Source: an uncultured Candidatus Saccharibacteria bacterium
GTDB taxonomy: Bacteria; Patescibacteriota; Dojkabacteria; GCA-002793355
Direction of reading: 5' to 3'
DNA length: 64,000 nucleotides
Assembly (NCBI GenBank): GCA_964525295.1
Contig: CAZGEO010000001.1
Location: 150,360 to 214,359 of the forward strand
Of the stretch, positions 9,715 to 19,587 are shown one piece after another (the stretch's first letter is position 1; the number at the start of each line of letters is the position of its first letter). A model generated the notes under the pieces. That model was not told the origin of the DNA and did no database searches. It saw nothing but the letters and a program-made list of their open reading frames with translations. The translations under genes and the position numbers were made by a program.

Positions 9715-10053
9715 ATGCTAATCATACGAAATTGTCGAAGTTATAAAATTATGCTAGTGTCTTTTATGACTTTAGAAAGCTCGAATTGGATTGTATGTCC
9801 ACAATTTAGTGAAAGATGGTTTATAACATGTGGCCCCGTTGCTTTAATAAAAATTGTACCTGTATTGACTACAATTGTACTAATCGCTGCAATTCCTTAT
9901 GTCATAACGCATGCCATCATATTGGCCAGAAAAAAACTATCTATCGGTAACATAATTTACAAACTAACAGCAGACGTAATTTTGATCTGCTGCCTTCTAT
10001 TTCTCTTTGCTACGCTTCAAATAATAATAGTTCGATTTGGTGTCATTAATTAA
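9715..10053 (+). CDS. Hypothetical small hydrophobic protein of 112 aa in the AT-rich divergent intergenic region. Could be spurious.
   Basis: The only ORF in the 493-bp gap between the pilB and valS starts. Two predicted TM helices. No RBS identified. Confidence 0.2.
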   Translation: MLIIRNCRSYKIMLVSFMTLESSNWIVCPQFSERWFITCGPVALIKIVPVLTTIVLIAAIPYVITHAIILARKKLSIGNIIYKLTADVILICCLLFLFATLQIIIVRFGVIN

Positions 10054-10149
10054 TATATAAGCATGGCTACGTAAACCAAGATTTACGCAATCTAATAAAT
10101 CGAGCGTCAGCTTATTTCAGTATTTTAGCAATTAATTGTATAATTCCCC

Positions 10150-12516
10150 ATGGCAAAATTCGAACTTTACAAAGGCCCATACAATCCTCAGGCAACAGAA
10201 AACGCTGTGCTTGATTTCTGGGCAAACAAACCTTACTTCAAACCTGAATATAACAGCATCACAAAAGCTGTTGATTCAACCGAAGAACTGAAAACGTATT
10301 TGAAAGAAAATCCTGACAAGAAATTCGTTATTGTTGACCCACCACCAAATGCATATGGACGACCACATCTTGGAAACATCTCTGGTTACGCCTATCAAGA
10401 CTTACTAGGAAGATTCAATAGAATGCAAGGCAAGAGAGTATTATTGTTTCCAGGTAAAGATCATGCAGGAATTCAGGGAGAAATCGTAGTTCTACGTGAA
10501 CACTTTAGACCACAAGGCAAGACAAAACAAACACTAGGTCGCGAAAAATTCTACGAGGAGACCTATGACTATTTCACCACAATGATGGCTGCAGCGCAGA
10601 AAGATGAGAAGAGAATCGGGCTTTCTGCCGACTTCGACCGAGATGTTTTTACCCTACATCCAGAAATTGTTGATAACGTTTTAACGACCTTCATTAAGCT
10701 TCATGAACAAGGCCAAGTTTACAAAGGGGTACGAATCGTAAACTGGTGCCCTTCATGTAAAACCGCATTGGCCGATATCGATACAGTCAAAAAAGAACGT
10801 GAATCAAGTATGTATTACCTTCGCTATCCTTTGAAAACGCCCGTTAACGGCAAAACCTTCATTACCGTTGCGACCTCTAGACCAGAAACAATGCTCGGTG
10901 ATACAGCAGTCGTTGTTAACCCAGAAGATGAACGATATACCGATTTACACGGTGCAATTGTTGTATTGCCATTAGTCAATCGCGAAATCCCAATCATTAC
11001 CGATCCGCAAGTCGATAAGGCTGTTGGAACTGGGTGCTTAAAACTTACCCCAGCGCACGCGACCGAAGATTACGAAATAATGTTACGTTGGAATGAACAC
11101 AGACCAAATGAACAAGTAGATTGGCTAAATGTTATAGATCCCGACGGAAAAATGTGTGGACCTATCGGTAAATACGTAGGAATGGCCACTGACGAAGCGA
11201 AAGTCGCAGTTCTAAACGATTTCATGGCACTCGATCTATTCGAGAAAGAAGAAAAAATAGAGCAGCGAACGCCAGCCTGTGAAAGATGCAAAACGATCAT
11301 TCAACCATTAATGTCGAGCCAGTGGTTTATAAAAATCGACGAATTACGAAAGCAAGGTATTGAAGCAGTACGTTCAGGCGAAGTTACCATTCATCCAAAA
11401 TATATGACTAAAAAGTATCTTCATTGGATGAGAAATCTTCGAGATTGGCCAATTTCTCGCTCACTCTGGTGGGGTTACAGATTCCCAGTTTGGTACAAAG
11501 GTGATCTAGAAACGACCTTTGGTGCAGATGGAAAAGTCATTGAAAAGATTGGTGGAGTAGAAGTAAAAGATTTTGCAGACGCAGTATCTCGAGGGCTTGC
11601 TCAAGTTAGTAAAACATCTCCAGGCGAAGGATGGATCCAAGATGAAAATGTGTTTGATACCTGGTTTAGTTCAGGGCAATGGCCATATGTAACTCTCGAA
11701 AAAGAGGGTTTACTTGATGTTATGTACCCAACCGATGTTATGGAAACAGGCTACGATATCCTTGAATTCTGGGTATCGCGAATGATCATGTTAGGATACT
11801 TCAGAACTGGGAAACATCCATTCAAAGATGTTTATCTTCACGGTTTGATCAAAGCAGCAGATGGACAGAAAATGAGTAAATCGAAAGGCAATGTTGTTAC
11901 CTTAGACGACTTAGTAGGAGAATATGGTGCCGATGCGATTAGAATGTTATACATCGTTGGTAACAAAGCAGGGGCTAGTTACCGTCTAGACAAAGAAAAA
12001 CTAAATGGCAATAGAAACTTCTTAAACAAAGTCTGGAACGCCTCACGATTCGTTTATTTCTCGATTAACGACCTCGAAAAGCCATGGGACCTAAAAGAAT
12101 CGGAGCTAACCTTTACTGAAGAAGACAAAAAAATGCTACAGGAAGCAAGAGATATGGCAGCAACAGTAGCAAAAAAGATCAAGACCTTTAGATTTGGGTT
12201 AGTAGCCGTAGACTTAATTCAATCGTTCTGGCATTCCTTCTGCGATACCTACTTAGAACAGGTTAAAGGAAGATTGTACACAAAAGACCGTGAGGGAAAT
12301 CCGATCAATACCTCGGTTGAAGCTATCGCTTCACGAAAGGCCGCACAATGGACTTTATGGACCGTACTTGGTATGTATTTGAAGATGTTACATCCCTATA
12401 TTCCATTCATTACAGAATATCTCTGGGAATCATATCCAAAAGCATTTGAAGAGAGCGATACCATAATGTATGCCAAATGGCCTGAATCTGCCCAAGTTGA
12501 AACAAATAGTAAATGA
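10150..12516 (+). CDS. valS: Valyl-tRNA synthetase, class I.
   Basis: HIGH-type motif PPNAYGRPHLGNI. KMSKS motif. ValRS-specific VNWCPSCKTALADIDTV and SLWWGYRFPVWY. Length 788 aa, a compact form. Confidence 0.9.
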   Translation: MAKFELYKGPYNPQATENAVLDFWANKPYFKPEYNSITKAVDSTEELKTYLKENPDKKFVIVDPPPNAYGRPHLGNISGYAYQDLLGRFNRMQGKRVLLFPGKDHAGIQGEIVVLREHFRPQGKTKQTLGREKFYEETYDYFTTMMAAAQKDEKRIGLSADFDRDVFTLHPEIVDNVLTTFIKLHEQGQVYKGVRIVNWCPSCKTALADIDTVKKERESSMYYLRYPLKTPVNGKTFITVATSRPETMLGDTAVVVNPEDERYTDLHGAIVVLPLVNREIPIITDPQVDKAVGTGCLKLTPAHATEDYEIMLRWNEHRPNEQVDWLNVIDPDGKMCGPIGKYVGMATDEAKVAVLNDFMALDLFEKEEKIEQRTPACERCKTIIQPLMSSQWFIKIDELRKQGIEAVRSGEVTIHPKYMTKKYLHWMRNLRDWPISRSLWWGYRFPVWYKGDLETTFGADGKVIEKIGGVEVKDFADAVSRGLAQVSKTSPGEGWIQDENVFDTWFSSGQWPYVTLEKEGLLDVMYPTDVMETGYDILEFWVSRMIMLGYFRTGKHPFKDVYLHGLIKAADGQKMSKSKGNVVTLDDLVGEYGADAIRMLYIVGNKAGASYRLDKEKLNGNRNFLNKVWNASRFVYFSINDLEKPWDLKESELTFTEEDKKMLQEARDMAATVAKKIKTFRFGLVAVDLIQSFWHSFCDTYLEQVKGRLYTKDREGNPINTSVEAIASRKAAQWTLWTVLGMYLKMLHPYIPFITEYLWESYPKAFEESDTIMYAKWPESAQVETNSK

Positions 12517-13187
12517 CGTACCTAGTAATTGGTAACAGCACAGATGCGCTCTTTCAAGAGGTAGAAAAAATTATTACTGAAGTTGGCGATTTCGGCAAAA
12601 TTTCTCTTAAAAAGGCGACCGAAGTCGCCCATCCCGATATTCACATTGTTGACGGCTTCAATACAGAAACTTCTATCGGTATCGCTGAAATGAGGCAATT
12701 TTCGAAGACTCTTCATAAAAAGCCCTTTAAAGCTAAACAACAACTAGGCATAATTCTGGGATTTGAAAAGGCAACAATTGAGGCACAAAACGCAATGCTC
12801 AAAGAATTTGAAGATCATGCGACCTCAGTTTGCTATATCCTTGCAGTTGTTGATGAAGCTTCACTACTTGCCACCATCAGATCGAGAGCAACAACACGTT
12901 ACGCTGGTGGGCAACAACAATTTGACACCGACGACACAATTACAGCACTAGCCGAGAATTTTTTGAATGTAAACATCGACACAGTCTCGGTTTTTGCTCA
13001 ACTCAATAAGAAAGAGTGGAGTAAACATCAAGCTGAGCAAGCACTTTCTGTCATTTATCAGAAAAGTACTCCTTCTCGAGAACTTTTTTCTCTTCTACAG
13101 AAATGCGCTGAGTTTCTTGCAAATAATGTCGCCCCAAAACAAGTGCTAAGTTACGCTTTGTTTACGCTACGGATGCCCAAAGGGTAA
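12513..13187 (+). CDS. holB: DNA polymerase III delta'/delta-like clamp-loader subunit (HolB-like), apparently lacking a Walker A P-loop.
   Basis: AQNAMLKEFED and LLATIRSRA match the AANALLKTLEEP and LLPTIRSRC blocks of delta'. No GxxGxGK motif is present. The ATGA overlaps the valS stop, indicating translational coupling. Confidence 0.5.
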   Translation: MTYLVIGNSTDALFQEVEKIITEVGDFGKISLKKATEVAHPDIHIVDGFNTETSIGIAEMRQFSKTLHKKPFKAKQQLGIILGFEKATIEAQNAMLKEFEDHATSVCYILAVVDEASLLATIRSRATTRYAGGQQQFDTDDTITALAENFLNVNIDTVSVFAQLNKKEWSKHQAEQALSVIYQKSTPSRELFSLLQKCAEFLANNVAPKQVLSYALFTLRMPKG

Positions 13188-13231
13188 CAATTTTTTGCAA
13201 CGCAGTTGCTAGGCCGTAAGGCCACGGATCT

Positions 13232-15406
13232 CTACTTCTGCTCAGTAACAAAATCGGACTTCACGAAGCTCGCCATGTTGTGTACTTTTTCAGGCATTGA
13301 CAATCCAATTTCAGATCGATTTTCATTGCCTCCACAAGCTACAGTAGGGGAATAAATATTGTCTAAAGTTGGAATCTCGCAGAATGCTTCATAACCATAT
13401 GACGTAACATCAGCGTTATAGATATTATCAGCGCCAACGACAGCATCAGGCAAATATGACAAAATCAAATTGCTTGATACAGCAACTAAACGACCATCTC
13501 GAAGTCCAATAGTTAATGAAACATATGCAGTATCTGATGTTGTAGTTTCCTTTAATGTCTTCAACAACGAGCGTCGGTTAATAGTAACTTCACGCCCACG
13601 ACTCACATAGCGACTACCTGTTGCAAATTGAGAAACATCGCCTTCATATCCCGAATCAACGTAAAGTTTTGCAGAAACTGAAGTGCCTGAGGCAAAAGCC
13701 TCAATATCATTACGCTTCATAACTGGATCAAATACAGAACGAGCTAACGCAAAATCATTGGAGAGAACCCCTTGGAAGAACGTTCGCTCAATATTCGAAA
13801 CCCGTTCTTTCAGGTATTTGGTTGTTTCTTTGGTAAATTCATCTGTGTTTTTATCAGAAAATGAAAGTAATTGCTCACCTGCAAAGTTAAATCCAAAGAT
13901 TCTCGTAAACAACGATTCTTCTCGAGCTTTCTGATAATTATCACGCTCATTTAGTGATTGGAGTTGAATAATCTTTGCGCCATCAACAATACCATCTTTC
14001 TCAAGTGTATTTGCGAACGCAAAAGTAAGTGGTTGGGCTTCTTTAGAAATTGCCAATAACTGTGAGACATCAACTTTTTTAGTTCGTACATAATAACTCT
14101 GCAATTCACGAACAACATAGCTTGGCCAAGAATAGAGTGAAATTGTTGCAAGCAAGCCGAGTCCGGTAAATAATGCGAGAACTGAATAATCACCAATTGC
14201 TAAGGAATTCATAAACGAGAAGCCAGGCTTCGCTACCTTCAATACAGCTACAATTTCATAGGCAAGCAAGACCAACCCGACGAATAATGCCCCGATCAAG
14301 ACATACGTTCGCAACACCGATGGACCATACGTTGTCATATACACATTCATTCTCAAAAAGAGTGAGTAGAGCATAACTACTAACAATGAAACGATCCCTG
14401 TATTGGTTAAGAAGTTTGCAATTCTAGCGATTTGCCACTCGGTACGCATTCGATTCATAGTCCACGCCAAAATTGGATAAGACAAGATGCCAACAACAAG
14501 TAATTCGATGAAACCACGGTGAACATATTCAGCAAAGGTGTACTTTGCAAGAATTTGAGTCATATCTTGCCCAAAGAGATATTTTGTCTGAACCCAAACA
14601 TACAAAGCGAATAAAAAGAAAATTGGGAGAGTTATAACTAAAGGAAACAATGCATCACTTCTTTTCACCGTAATAAAACTAAATGCTTTTTTCCATTGCT
14701 CTTTCACTTTTTCGGTATTAAGCCCTAGCATTGGAATAAATGAGAAATAACCAACAAGGGTTAAGAGCCCTGCAATAATGAAAGATACGATGACGCCGCC
14801 AACAGTTCGAGTCATTACCTCAGAAAGTTTGAGAGACTCCAAAATCTCTTGAATTCTCTTTTTAAATTCCGGGTCAGCATCAGAAAGTAAATTCGAAAAC
14901 AGAATAAAGATGAATAACGATACAGCAGCATATAAGACGAATTTCAACAACAATTTCACAACATTTGCATTGCCTTTAAACAAGTCAAGGGCTGATTTCA
15001 CTGTCTCCATAATCCAGTTACCGACAAAAGATAACGGGGTAATAAGGAATGCAAAAATATCAATAATATGTACTGCCCCAGGAAGAGCAACTAGTACCGA
15101 CAGCAAGGCAGCCAATGCGACATGCGCGACTACCAAAGCAACAAGCACTAAATCGTCCATTCGATATAAATAAGGCACCGAGAGAATTACATATGCACCA
15201 GAAAGTGCTTTAATTAATCCATCACTTACCTGAGTCACGTCTAATTCCTGACGTTTTTCATTTTTTTGCCCAAAATACCATATACTCGCGAGTAATGAAT
15301 TAAAGAAAAGAAAAGTTCCTAAACCAATGGGAATACCAATTACCCCAAAAGCGAATAGAAATCCTAACGCAAACACAATTATCCAGAAGATATCTGACCT
15401 TTGCAT
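13232..15406 (-). CDS. Large polytopic membrane protein of unknown function. At least 10 TM helices over about 470 aa, then a C-terminal soluble domain of about 250 aa.
   Basis: Long uninterrupted ORF of 724 aa. Many hydrophobic helices. No motif I can assign. Confidence 0.5.
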   Translation of the reverse strand: MQRSDIFWIIVFALGFLFAFGVIGIPIGLGTFLFFNSLLASIWYFGQKNEKRQELDVTQVSDGLIKALSGAYVILSVPYLYRMDDLVLVALVVAHVALAALLSVLVALPGAVHIIDIFAFLITPLSFVGNWIMETVKSALDLFKGNANVVKLLLKFVLYAAVSLFIFILFSNLLSDADPEFKKRIQEILESLKLSEVMTRTVGGVIVSFIIAGLLTLVGYFSFIPMLGLNTEKVKEQWKKAFSFITVKRSDALFPLVITLPIFFLFALYVWVQTKYLFGQDMTQILAKYTFAEYVHRGFIELLVVGILSYPILAWTMNRMRTEWQIARIANFLTNTGIVSLLVVMLYSLFLRMNVYMTTYGPSVLRTYVLIGALFVGLVLLAYEIVAVLKVAKPGFSFMNSLAIGDYSVLALFTGLGLLATISLYSWPSYVVRELQSYYVRTKKVDVSQLLAISKEAQPLTFAFANTLEKDGIVDGAKIIQLQSLNERDNYQKAREESLFTRIFGFNFAGEQLLSFSDKNTDEFTKETTKYLKERVSNIERTFFQGVLSNDFALARSVFDPVMKRNDIEAFASGTSVSAKLYVDSGYEGDVSQFATGSRYVSRGREVTINRRSLLKTLKETTTSDTAYVSLTIGLRDGRLVAVSSNLILSYLPDAVVGADNIYNADVTSYGYEAFCEIPTLDNIYSPTVACGGNENRSEIGLSMPEKVHNMASFVKSDFVTEQK

Positions 15407-15535
15407 AACATACGGTTAATAAATTATTTGGTCACCAGTAATACTATCACTACGAGAAAATTCTATAAAGGTAACAATTTCGTATTTGTTCATGTCTTAG
15501 CAGATTCTTCTACAGGTGATATAATTAGCCCAAAC

Positions 15536-16891
15536 ATGGTAAAAAACATACTCAAAAACGCTTATCTCGCCATCATCAAATTCCTCGCTACAAAAGAAAT
15601 GCAGAAACACAAAGAGGCGCAGGTCATTGGCATTACCGGTTCATCGGGTAAAAGTAGTTGTAAAAGTCTCGTCGTTGCATTCTTGAAACCACATTATGGA
15701 ACGAGACTAAAATACTGTGAAAAAGGAAATTCAGAAACTGGCATACCTTACGAAATTTTAAATATTCCCGTAAAGAATTATCAAATGACTGAATACCTTG
15801 GTGTGCTTTTAAAAGCAATTTGGAATTTCTTATTCTCAAAACAAGAATTCGACGTATTTGTTATTGAATATGGTATCGACGGCCCAGAGAAACCTTACAA
15901 CATGGAATACTTATTAGAGATTGTGAAGCCAGATATCGCTGTTTTACTATCAATTTCTGGCGTTCATGGTTTTAGATTTGAAAAAGATATTCCAGAGTCT
16001 GTAACAGGAAACACTCGCCAACACCTCATCGCAAAAGGAATCGCTTCCGAAAAAGTGAAACTTCTTCAGGCAGTACCAAATAAAAAGAAAGCATTCTATT
16101 CCGAACAATCAAGCAAATTTCTTGAGGAAAAACAAATTAGTGGTATGACACAATTGTCAGAAAGTGATTCTGTCAAGATAAAACAGTGGAAGAATACTTC
16201 AAAAGGTTGCACAATTAGTTGCGATATTCACAGTGAAGTGTATACTGCGACGCTGCCAGAAGTCGCATTGGCAAATAGTACGAAAGACAACTTCTTATTC
16301 GCTATTTACGTAACACTTCTATTGAAGAAGAATTTACAAACTTCGTTTGACACCCTAGCTCACAATTACTATGTTGATCCCGGACGAGCCTCGCTTTTAC
16401 CTGGAATTCGAGGAACATTGATTCTAGACTCCTCTTACAATGCAAATGAATTGGCTGTTAGTAAACTTTTTTCTATCGTTGACGAAATTGCAAAAGATGA
16501 ATCACGAAAGCGTTGTATTGTTCTTGGAGAATTTCGAGAACTAGGCTCAGTTTCGCCAGAAGTACATGAACGAATCGTTAAGGAAGCTACAAAACATGCA
16601 GACACATTGATATTAACAAACAATATTATGCGCGAGGTAGGCATTCCTGTTGCAGAAGAGGCTGGATTTACTCTCAATGAAAATCTGTTTTGGTTTGAAA
16701 ATGGCAAGCAATTGAGTTATCACATTACGGAACTTGTTGATGATGAATCTATTATTCTTTTTGAAGGAAGTCAAAACACCGTATTCCTCGAATATGCAGT
16801 AAAGGAGATGTTACTAAACAAATCAGAAGAATATATCAAAAAGAAACTGGCTCGAATGAGTGACGACTGGATGAAACTAAAAAATTCATAA
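15536..16891 (+). CDS. Mur ligase family protein, MurF-like (UDP-MurNAc-peptide ligase).
   Basis: ATP-binding motif IGITGSSGKSS is the Mur ligase P-loop. Length and domain order are consistent. The upstream part of the track ORF (15401-15535) overlaps the neighbouring gene, so the start is taken at ATG 15536. Confidence 0.65.
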   Translation: MVKNILKNAYLAIIKFLATKEMQKHKEAQVIGITGSSGKSSCKSLVVAFLKPHYGTRLKYCEKGNSETGIPYEILNIPVKNYQMTEYLGVLLKAIWNFLFSKQEFDVFVIEYGIDGPEKPYNMEYLLEIVKPDIAVLLSISGVHGFRFEKDIPESVTGNTRQHLIAKGIASEKVKLLQAVPNKKKAFYSEQSSKFLEEKQISGMTQLSESDSVKIKQWKNTSKGCTISCDIHSEVYTATLPEVALANSTKDNFLFAIYVTLLLKKNLQTSFDTLAHNYYVDPGRASLLPGIRGTLILDSSYNANELAVSKLFSIVDEIAKDESRKRCIVLGEFRELGSVSPEVHERIVKEATKHADTLILTNNIMREVGIPVAEEAGFTLNENLFWFENGKQLSYHITELVDDESIILFEGSQNTVFLEYAVKEMLLNKSEEYIKKKLARMSDDWMKLKNS

Positions 16892-16893
16892 TT

Positions 16894-17745
16894 ATGATTG
16901 ACTCTCAGCCAAAAATTTTGGATGGAAAAGTAGTTGCTGAAGAACTTCTGCGCGAACTTCGTGCCGAAGTTCGCGCAGAAAACTCACCTCCTCATCTCGT
17001 CATTTTTCAAATTGGTGAGAATGCTGCATCAACTCAATATGTCTCAATTAAAGAACGTCGCGCCAACGAGCTTGGCATTGTGACTGAAATTATTCACCTC
17101 CCCGATGGCTTCAGCGACAAAGAACTTTCGCAACTCATCGGAGAAAAGGCACTTAATAGTACGGGTACCATGCTTCAACTACCGTTACCTGAACATTATG
17201 ATACACGATTTTTACTTGACTCAATTATGCCAAACAAAGATGTCGACGGGCTTTGCAGTCAAAATCTTCACGACTTAGAAGAGGGTAGGGAGCCAGAATT
17301 TGCACCTGCAGTCGCAGAGGCCGTAATTTCAACAATTACTCACTACAATATTCAACTAAATAACAAGAAAATCCTTATCCTTGGCAAAGGCAAGTACGTT
17401 GGCAAACCGATTGGTGAATTAATCAAATTGCGTTATCCCACAGTACCCCTCGATTGGGCAGATGAAACAACACAAAATCGCTACGAGCAGTTAAAACAAG
17501 CTGATATTGTAATAAGTTGCGTGGGATTACCGCATTGCTACACCGACTTAGACCTAAAAGATAATGCTATTCTCATCGATGTTGGTACGAGTCTCGATCC
17601 AATCTCAAAAAAAATTGTAGGAGATTTCAAAATATCTGACAAAACTAATATCGCTGCATACACCCCAATTCCAGGTGGCATAGGCCCACTTACCGTAGCG
17701 AACTTACTAAAAAATGTCGTGAAAGCATGGCAACGCCAAAACTAG
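16894..17745 (+). CDS. folD: Bifunctional methylene-THF dehydrogenase/cyclohydrolase FolD.
   Basis: ILDGKVVAEEL N-terminus. QIGENAASTQYVSIKER block. DVDGL motif. GKGKYVGKPIGELI Rossmann loop. Length 283 aa. Confidence 0.9.
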   Translation: MIDSQPKILDGKVVAEELLRELRAEVRAENSPPHLVIFQIGENAASTQYVSIKERRANELGIVTEIIHLPDGFSDKELSQLIGEKALNSTGTMLQLPLPEHYDTRFLLDSIMPNKDVDGLCSQNLHDLEEGREPEFAPAVAEAVISTITHYNIQLNNKKILILGKGKYVGKPIGELIKLRYPTVPLDWADETTQNRYEQLKQADIVISCVGLPHCYTDLDLKDNAILIDVGTSLDPISKKIVGDFKISDKTNIAAYTPIPGGIGPLTVANLLKNVVKAWQRQN

Positions 17746-18836
17746 AAATCAGCCAGAATGAAAAAAATCTAGACTTTCTAATAGAGGACGGTCCATTAAT
17801 TAGAGATGCTCGCCATGTGGTAATAGTCACTCCGGGGTTAGGCAACACACTTGGGCAAGCACTTCCGCAAGTTATTACACAATCGGTTGATCATTCAATA
17901 ACGCGACTTCTCATCGAACAGAATGTAAAAATTGCTGATCATGTTGAGATTCCGACACTCGATTTGCAAGCTCAAAGAATTCAAGATACTGTTAAATATT
18001 CATTAGCAAATAGAAAAATCTGCACGATAGTGACACATTCTCTTGGGGCACTTGCCACAATTAAAGCGTTAAGTTCATTAACTCAAGAAGAATTACAAGC
18101 GGTAAATGTTATATTTATCAACCCCGTGCATTACGCCTTAAAAGATATTTTTGCAAACTACTGCCAAATTGAATGGTCAGAAAATGAGACCACAAAGATC
18201 GTCGGTAAAAATGGTAGTACCATGAAGATTTCGAAAGCAACATTTGAATCGCTTGCCTATGATCCACACCTCGACCTGCCCAAAATAGCCGAGAAACTGG
18301 GTAGCATTACTGTCATTCAAACGGAACAGGATAGAAAATACTTAATTCCAGAACAAGAAAAAATCCAATTTAAGTCTATGGTTGAACAACTTCCATATGG
18401 TCAACACCTATCACTTCCAGGGAATCATAATGTTACAGATACTGAAGAAAGGGCACACGTTGAACAACTTATAACGCAACAACTACTTCCCGAAATATTC
18501 CAACGTTACAAATTTACGCTAGGTCGTCTATGGCTTACAGAAAATATGCCGATTAATGTTTACATACCTTGGTTTCCCCGAGGATTCGCCATTCTAAAAC
18601 AACCCCCAGAAAATTGGCATGTTGGCCCTGAGAAAAAAAATGTACTCCCAATAACAGACACTCTTCTATTCGATCTAAGCTCTCTTGAACCAGAAATTCG
18701 TACTTCATCTGAATTGTTACAACTCATCGAAACAACTGCGCGACGTTTTTTAGAACAAGAAGAGGTAAGAGACGAGATTTACGTTAAACTGCAAGAACGA
18801 AAAAAGTCTAAAAACGATTTAGTTATTCAGGGCTAA
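17727..18836 (+). CDS. Hypothetical protein, possibly alpha/beta-hydrolase fold (GxSxG-like HSLGA).
   Basis: IVTHSLGALATIKAL contains a nucleophile-elbow-like pentapeptide. No other recognisable motifs. Confidence 0.35.
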   Translation: MATPKLEISQNEKNLDFLIEDGPLIRDARHVVIVTPGLGNTLGQALPQVITQSVDHSITRLLIEQNVKIADHVEIPTLDLQAQRIQDTVKYSLANRKICTIVTHSLGALATIKALSSLTQEELQAVNVIFINPVHYALKDIFANYCQIEWSENETTKIVGKNGSTMKISKATFESLAYDPHLDLPKIAEKLGSITVIQTEQDRKYLIPEQEKIQFKSMVEQLPYGQHLSLPGNHNVTDTEERAHVEQLITQQLLPEIFQRYKFTLGRLWLTENMPINVYIPWFPRGFAILKQPPENWHVGPEKKNVLPITDTLLFDLSSLEPEIRTSSELLQLIETTARRFLEQEEVRDEIYVKLQERKKSKNDLVIQG

Positions 18837-19587
18837 CTACTGAACCCTTTGCCGATAATCGAGTTCTAATCACTTCATTGACTGCCTCAAAATCTCTGCC
18901 ATCTATAACCGTAAAACCAATTTTCATTTTTTCAGCGAGTTGTGCAGCAACAGCATCAATTGGAAAACTTGCACCAGGCTTATGTTCAGTTTCTTTAATA
19001 ATACTTCGATATTCATACCAAGTCATCACTCGTTTTTTCTCAGCTGCAGGATCATTCTTAGGATCGCCCGAATAAATTCCATCAATATTCTTTAAGCTAG
19101 CGATTTGATTCGTGCCAAAGAGTGAAGCAAAGAGGAGTGCGTCAACATCGGTACTATGACCTGGCTTGCGACCAGCACCAACAATAATTCTAAATTTCTC
19201 AAGTTCCGCCACGTTATTTTCAAGTGAGTCATACTCACAATACTTTACCACGGTAGGATAAACTGCCTTTTCACCAAAAACTTCAGCTGCCATCATTCTG
19301 AACATTTCAGCATTGATAATAGATGACGCGATTCCAATATGGTGTAGATCAGTTTGCATACTATCGGAAATCTCTAGCTCATTTTTCACCCCTTTTACCA
19401 ACCATCTACTTAAAAACCCACCACCTACAATGAACACAAAGGCCTTACCTGAATTTTTGCATTCTTCTAAAATTTTTCGTGCATAACCAAAATCAAAAGG
19501 AATCCCACCCGATGCAACTTTAATTTGTGCTTCCTCATAGGGTGATAATAATGATCCGCCAACTTTGAAAATAATGCGTTCACTCAT
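18823..19587 (-). CDS. pyrH: Uridylate (UMP) kinase, amino-acid-kinase family.
   Basis: KVGGSLL N-terminal motif. IVGGGFLSRW matches VVGGGNIFRG. MQTDLHHIGIASSIINAEMF matches the GMLATVINALAL block. Start overlaps the rsmI stop (ATGAGTGA). Confidence 0.75.
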   Translation of the reverse strand: MSERIIFKVGGSLLSPYEEAQIKVASGGIPFDFGYARKILEECKNSGKAFVFIVGGGFLSRWLVKGVKNELEISDSMQTDLHHIGIASSIINAEMFRMMAAEVFGEKAVYPTVVKYCEYDSLENNVAELEKFRIIVGAGRKPGHSTDVDALLFASLFGTNQIASLKNIDGIYSGDPKNDPAAEKKRVMTWYEYRSIIKETEHKPGASFPIDAVAAQLAEKMKIGFTVIDGRDFEAVNEVIRTRLSAKGSVVSPE

